NCBI GenBank assembly: GCA_943354965.1
Contig: CALRDN010000004.1
Coordinates: 13,121 to 77,120, forward strand
Origin: Candidatus Peribacteria bacterium
Lineage (GTDB): Bacteria; Patescibacteriota; Gracilibacteria; UBA1369; UBA12463
DNA length: 64,000 nt
Reading direction: 5' to 3'
Shown: piece by piece, positions 63,748 through 64,000 of the stretch
How the letters are laid out: every line of letters begins with the position of its first letter
How positions within the stretch are numbered: the stretch's first letter is position 1
Notes under the pieces: model-generated
The model's input: the letters and a program-made list of their open reading frames with translations, nothing else
Told to the model about the DNA's origin: nothing
The model's database searches: none
Translations under genes and position numbers: made by a program

Positions 63748-64000
63748 ATGTCTAATGACGCTCTTTCCCAGGTACGTGAAATGATTGAATCAGCCGAGAC
63801 GAGCCTTCGAGCAGCGAAGCAGCTTCTTTTTGAATTAACCGGAGACGCTCCGGTAAGCAAATCTCCACGCTCAAAGCTTGTGAAGAAAGCCACATCACTC
63901 GAGAGCGAAGAGACCGAGGATAATGTCCTCGAGGGCGTATTCGACGGCCAAGGTATGATCGGTCCGGACAAGCGAGCCTATCCCGTACCGGCAAACTACG
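63748..64000 (+). CDS. hypothetical protein, 5' partial (runs off the window)
   Basis: My translation from ATG 63748: MSNDALSQVREMIESAETSLRAAKQLLFELTG...EGVFDGQGMIGPDKRAYPVPANY. No stop before position 64000. Confidence 0.55.
   Translation, partial: MSNDALSQVREMIESAETSLRAAKQLLFELTGDAPVSKSPRSKLVKKATSLESEETEDNVLEGVFDGQGMIGPDKRAYPVPANY

Noticed and set aside
1-64000. CRISPR arrays, transposases/IS elements, integrases, prophage genes, rRNA operons, reverse transcriptase/DGR or retron elements, toxin-antitoxin pairs
   Set aside because: I scanned the ORF translations and spacers. No regularly spaced direct repeats, DDE/tyrosine/serine recombinase motifs, RT YxDD motif or paired small ORFs typical of TA modules were seen.

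Overview
This is a 64-kb chromosomal segment from a compact, moderately AT-rich bacterial genome that uses the standard genetic code: TAA, TAG and TGA all end conserved genes at the expected length. I call about 70 protein genes and 2 tRNAs (Gln-CUG and Asn-GUU, both with encoded CCA). I saw no rRNA, CRISPR array, transposase, integrase or phage genes. Housekeeping genes: rseP (partial), frr, pyrH, a DEAD-box helicase, pyrD, gmk, ssb, rpmB, efp plus epmA, arfB, lgt, queF-queE-queC, hom-lysC, and ftsQ plus a DUF1290 small basic protein. Accessory modules: a copper module (csoR, copA, an HMA-fused membrane protein, a cupredoxin-like protein); an orphan ZnuA-like binding protein with a palindromic operator; a U32/ferredoxin pair; TspO and a SOUL heme-binding protein; LemA/TPM; and a 1628-aa thioester-less alpha-2-macroglobulin operon. 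The many small membrane or secreted hypotheticals, a DKNYY-repeat gene and the frr-rseP adjacency without uppS/cdsA fit a reduced-genome lineage such as Patescibacteria/CPR. That placement is inference only. The best candidate for an undescribed system is at 54.7-61.1 kb. There, two full-length paralogous ATP-grasp ligases bracket an Orn/DAP-type PLP decarboxylase, next to an aspartase-like lyase and a 187-aa unknown protein, with a GC-rich structured leader. Second-tier leads: two unusually long non-coding gaps (9.3-9.7 kb and 25.6-26.2 kb) with promoter-like and terminator elements and dense perfect hairpins, which I could not assign to any RNA class; an in-frame TAG splitting the DKNYY gene; and a structured leader upstream of hom-lysC. 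All functional calls rest on my reading of motifs in the supplied translations. No database search was run.
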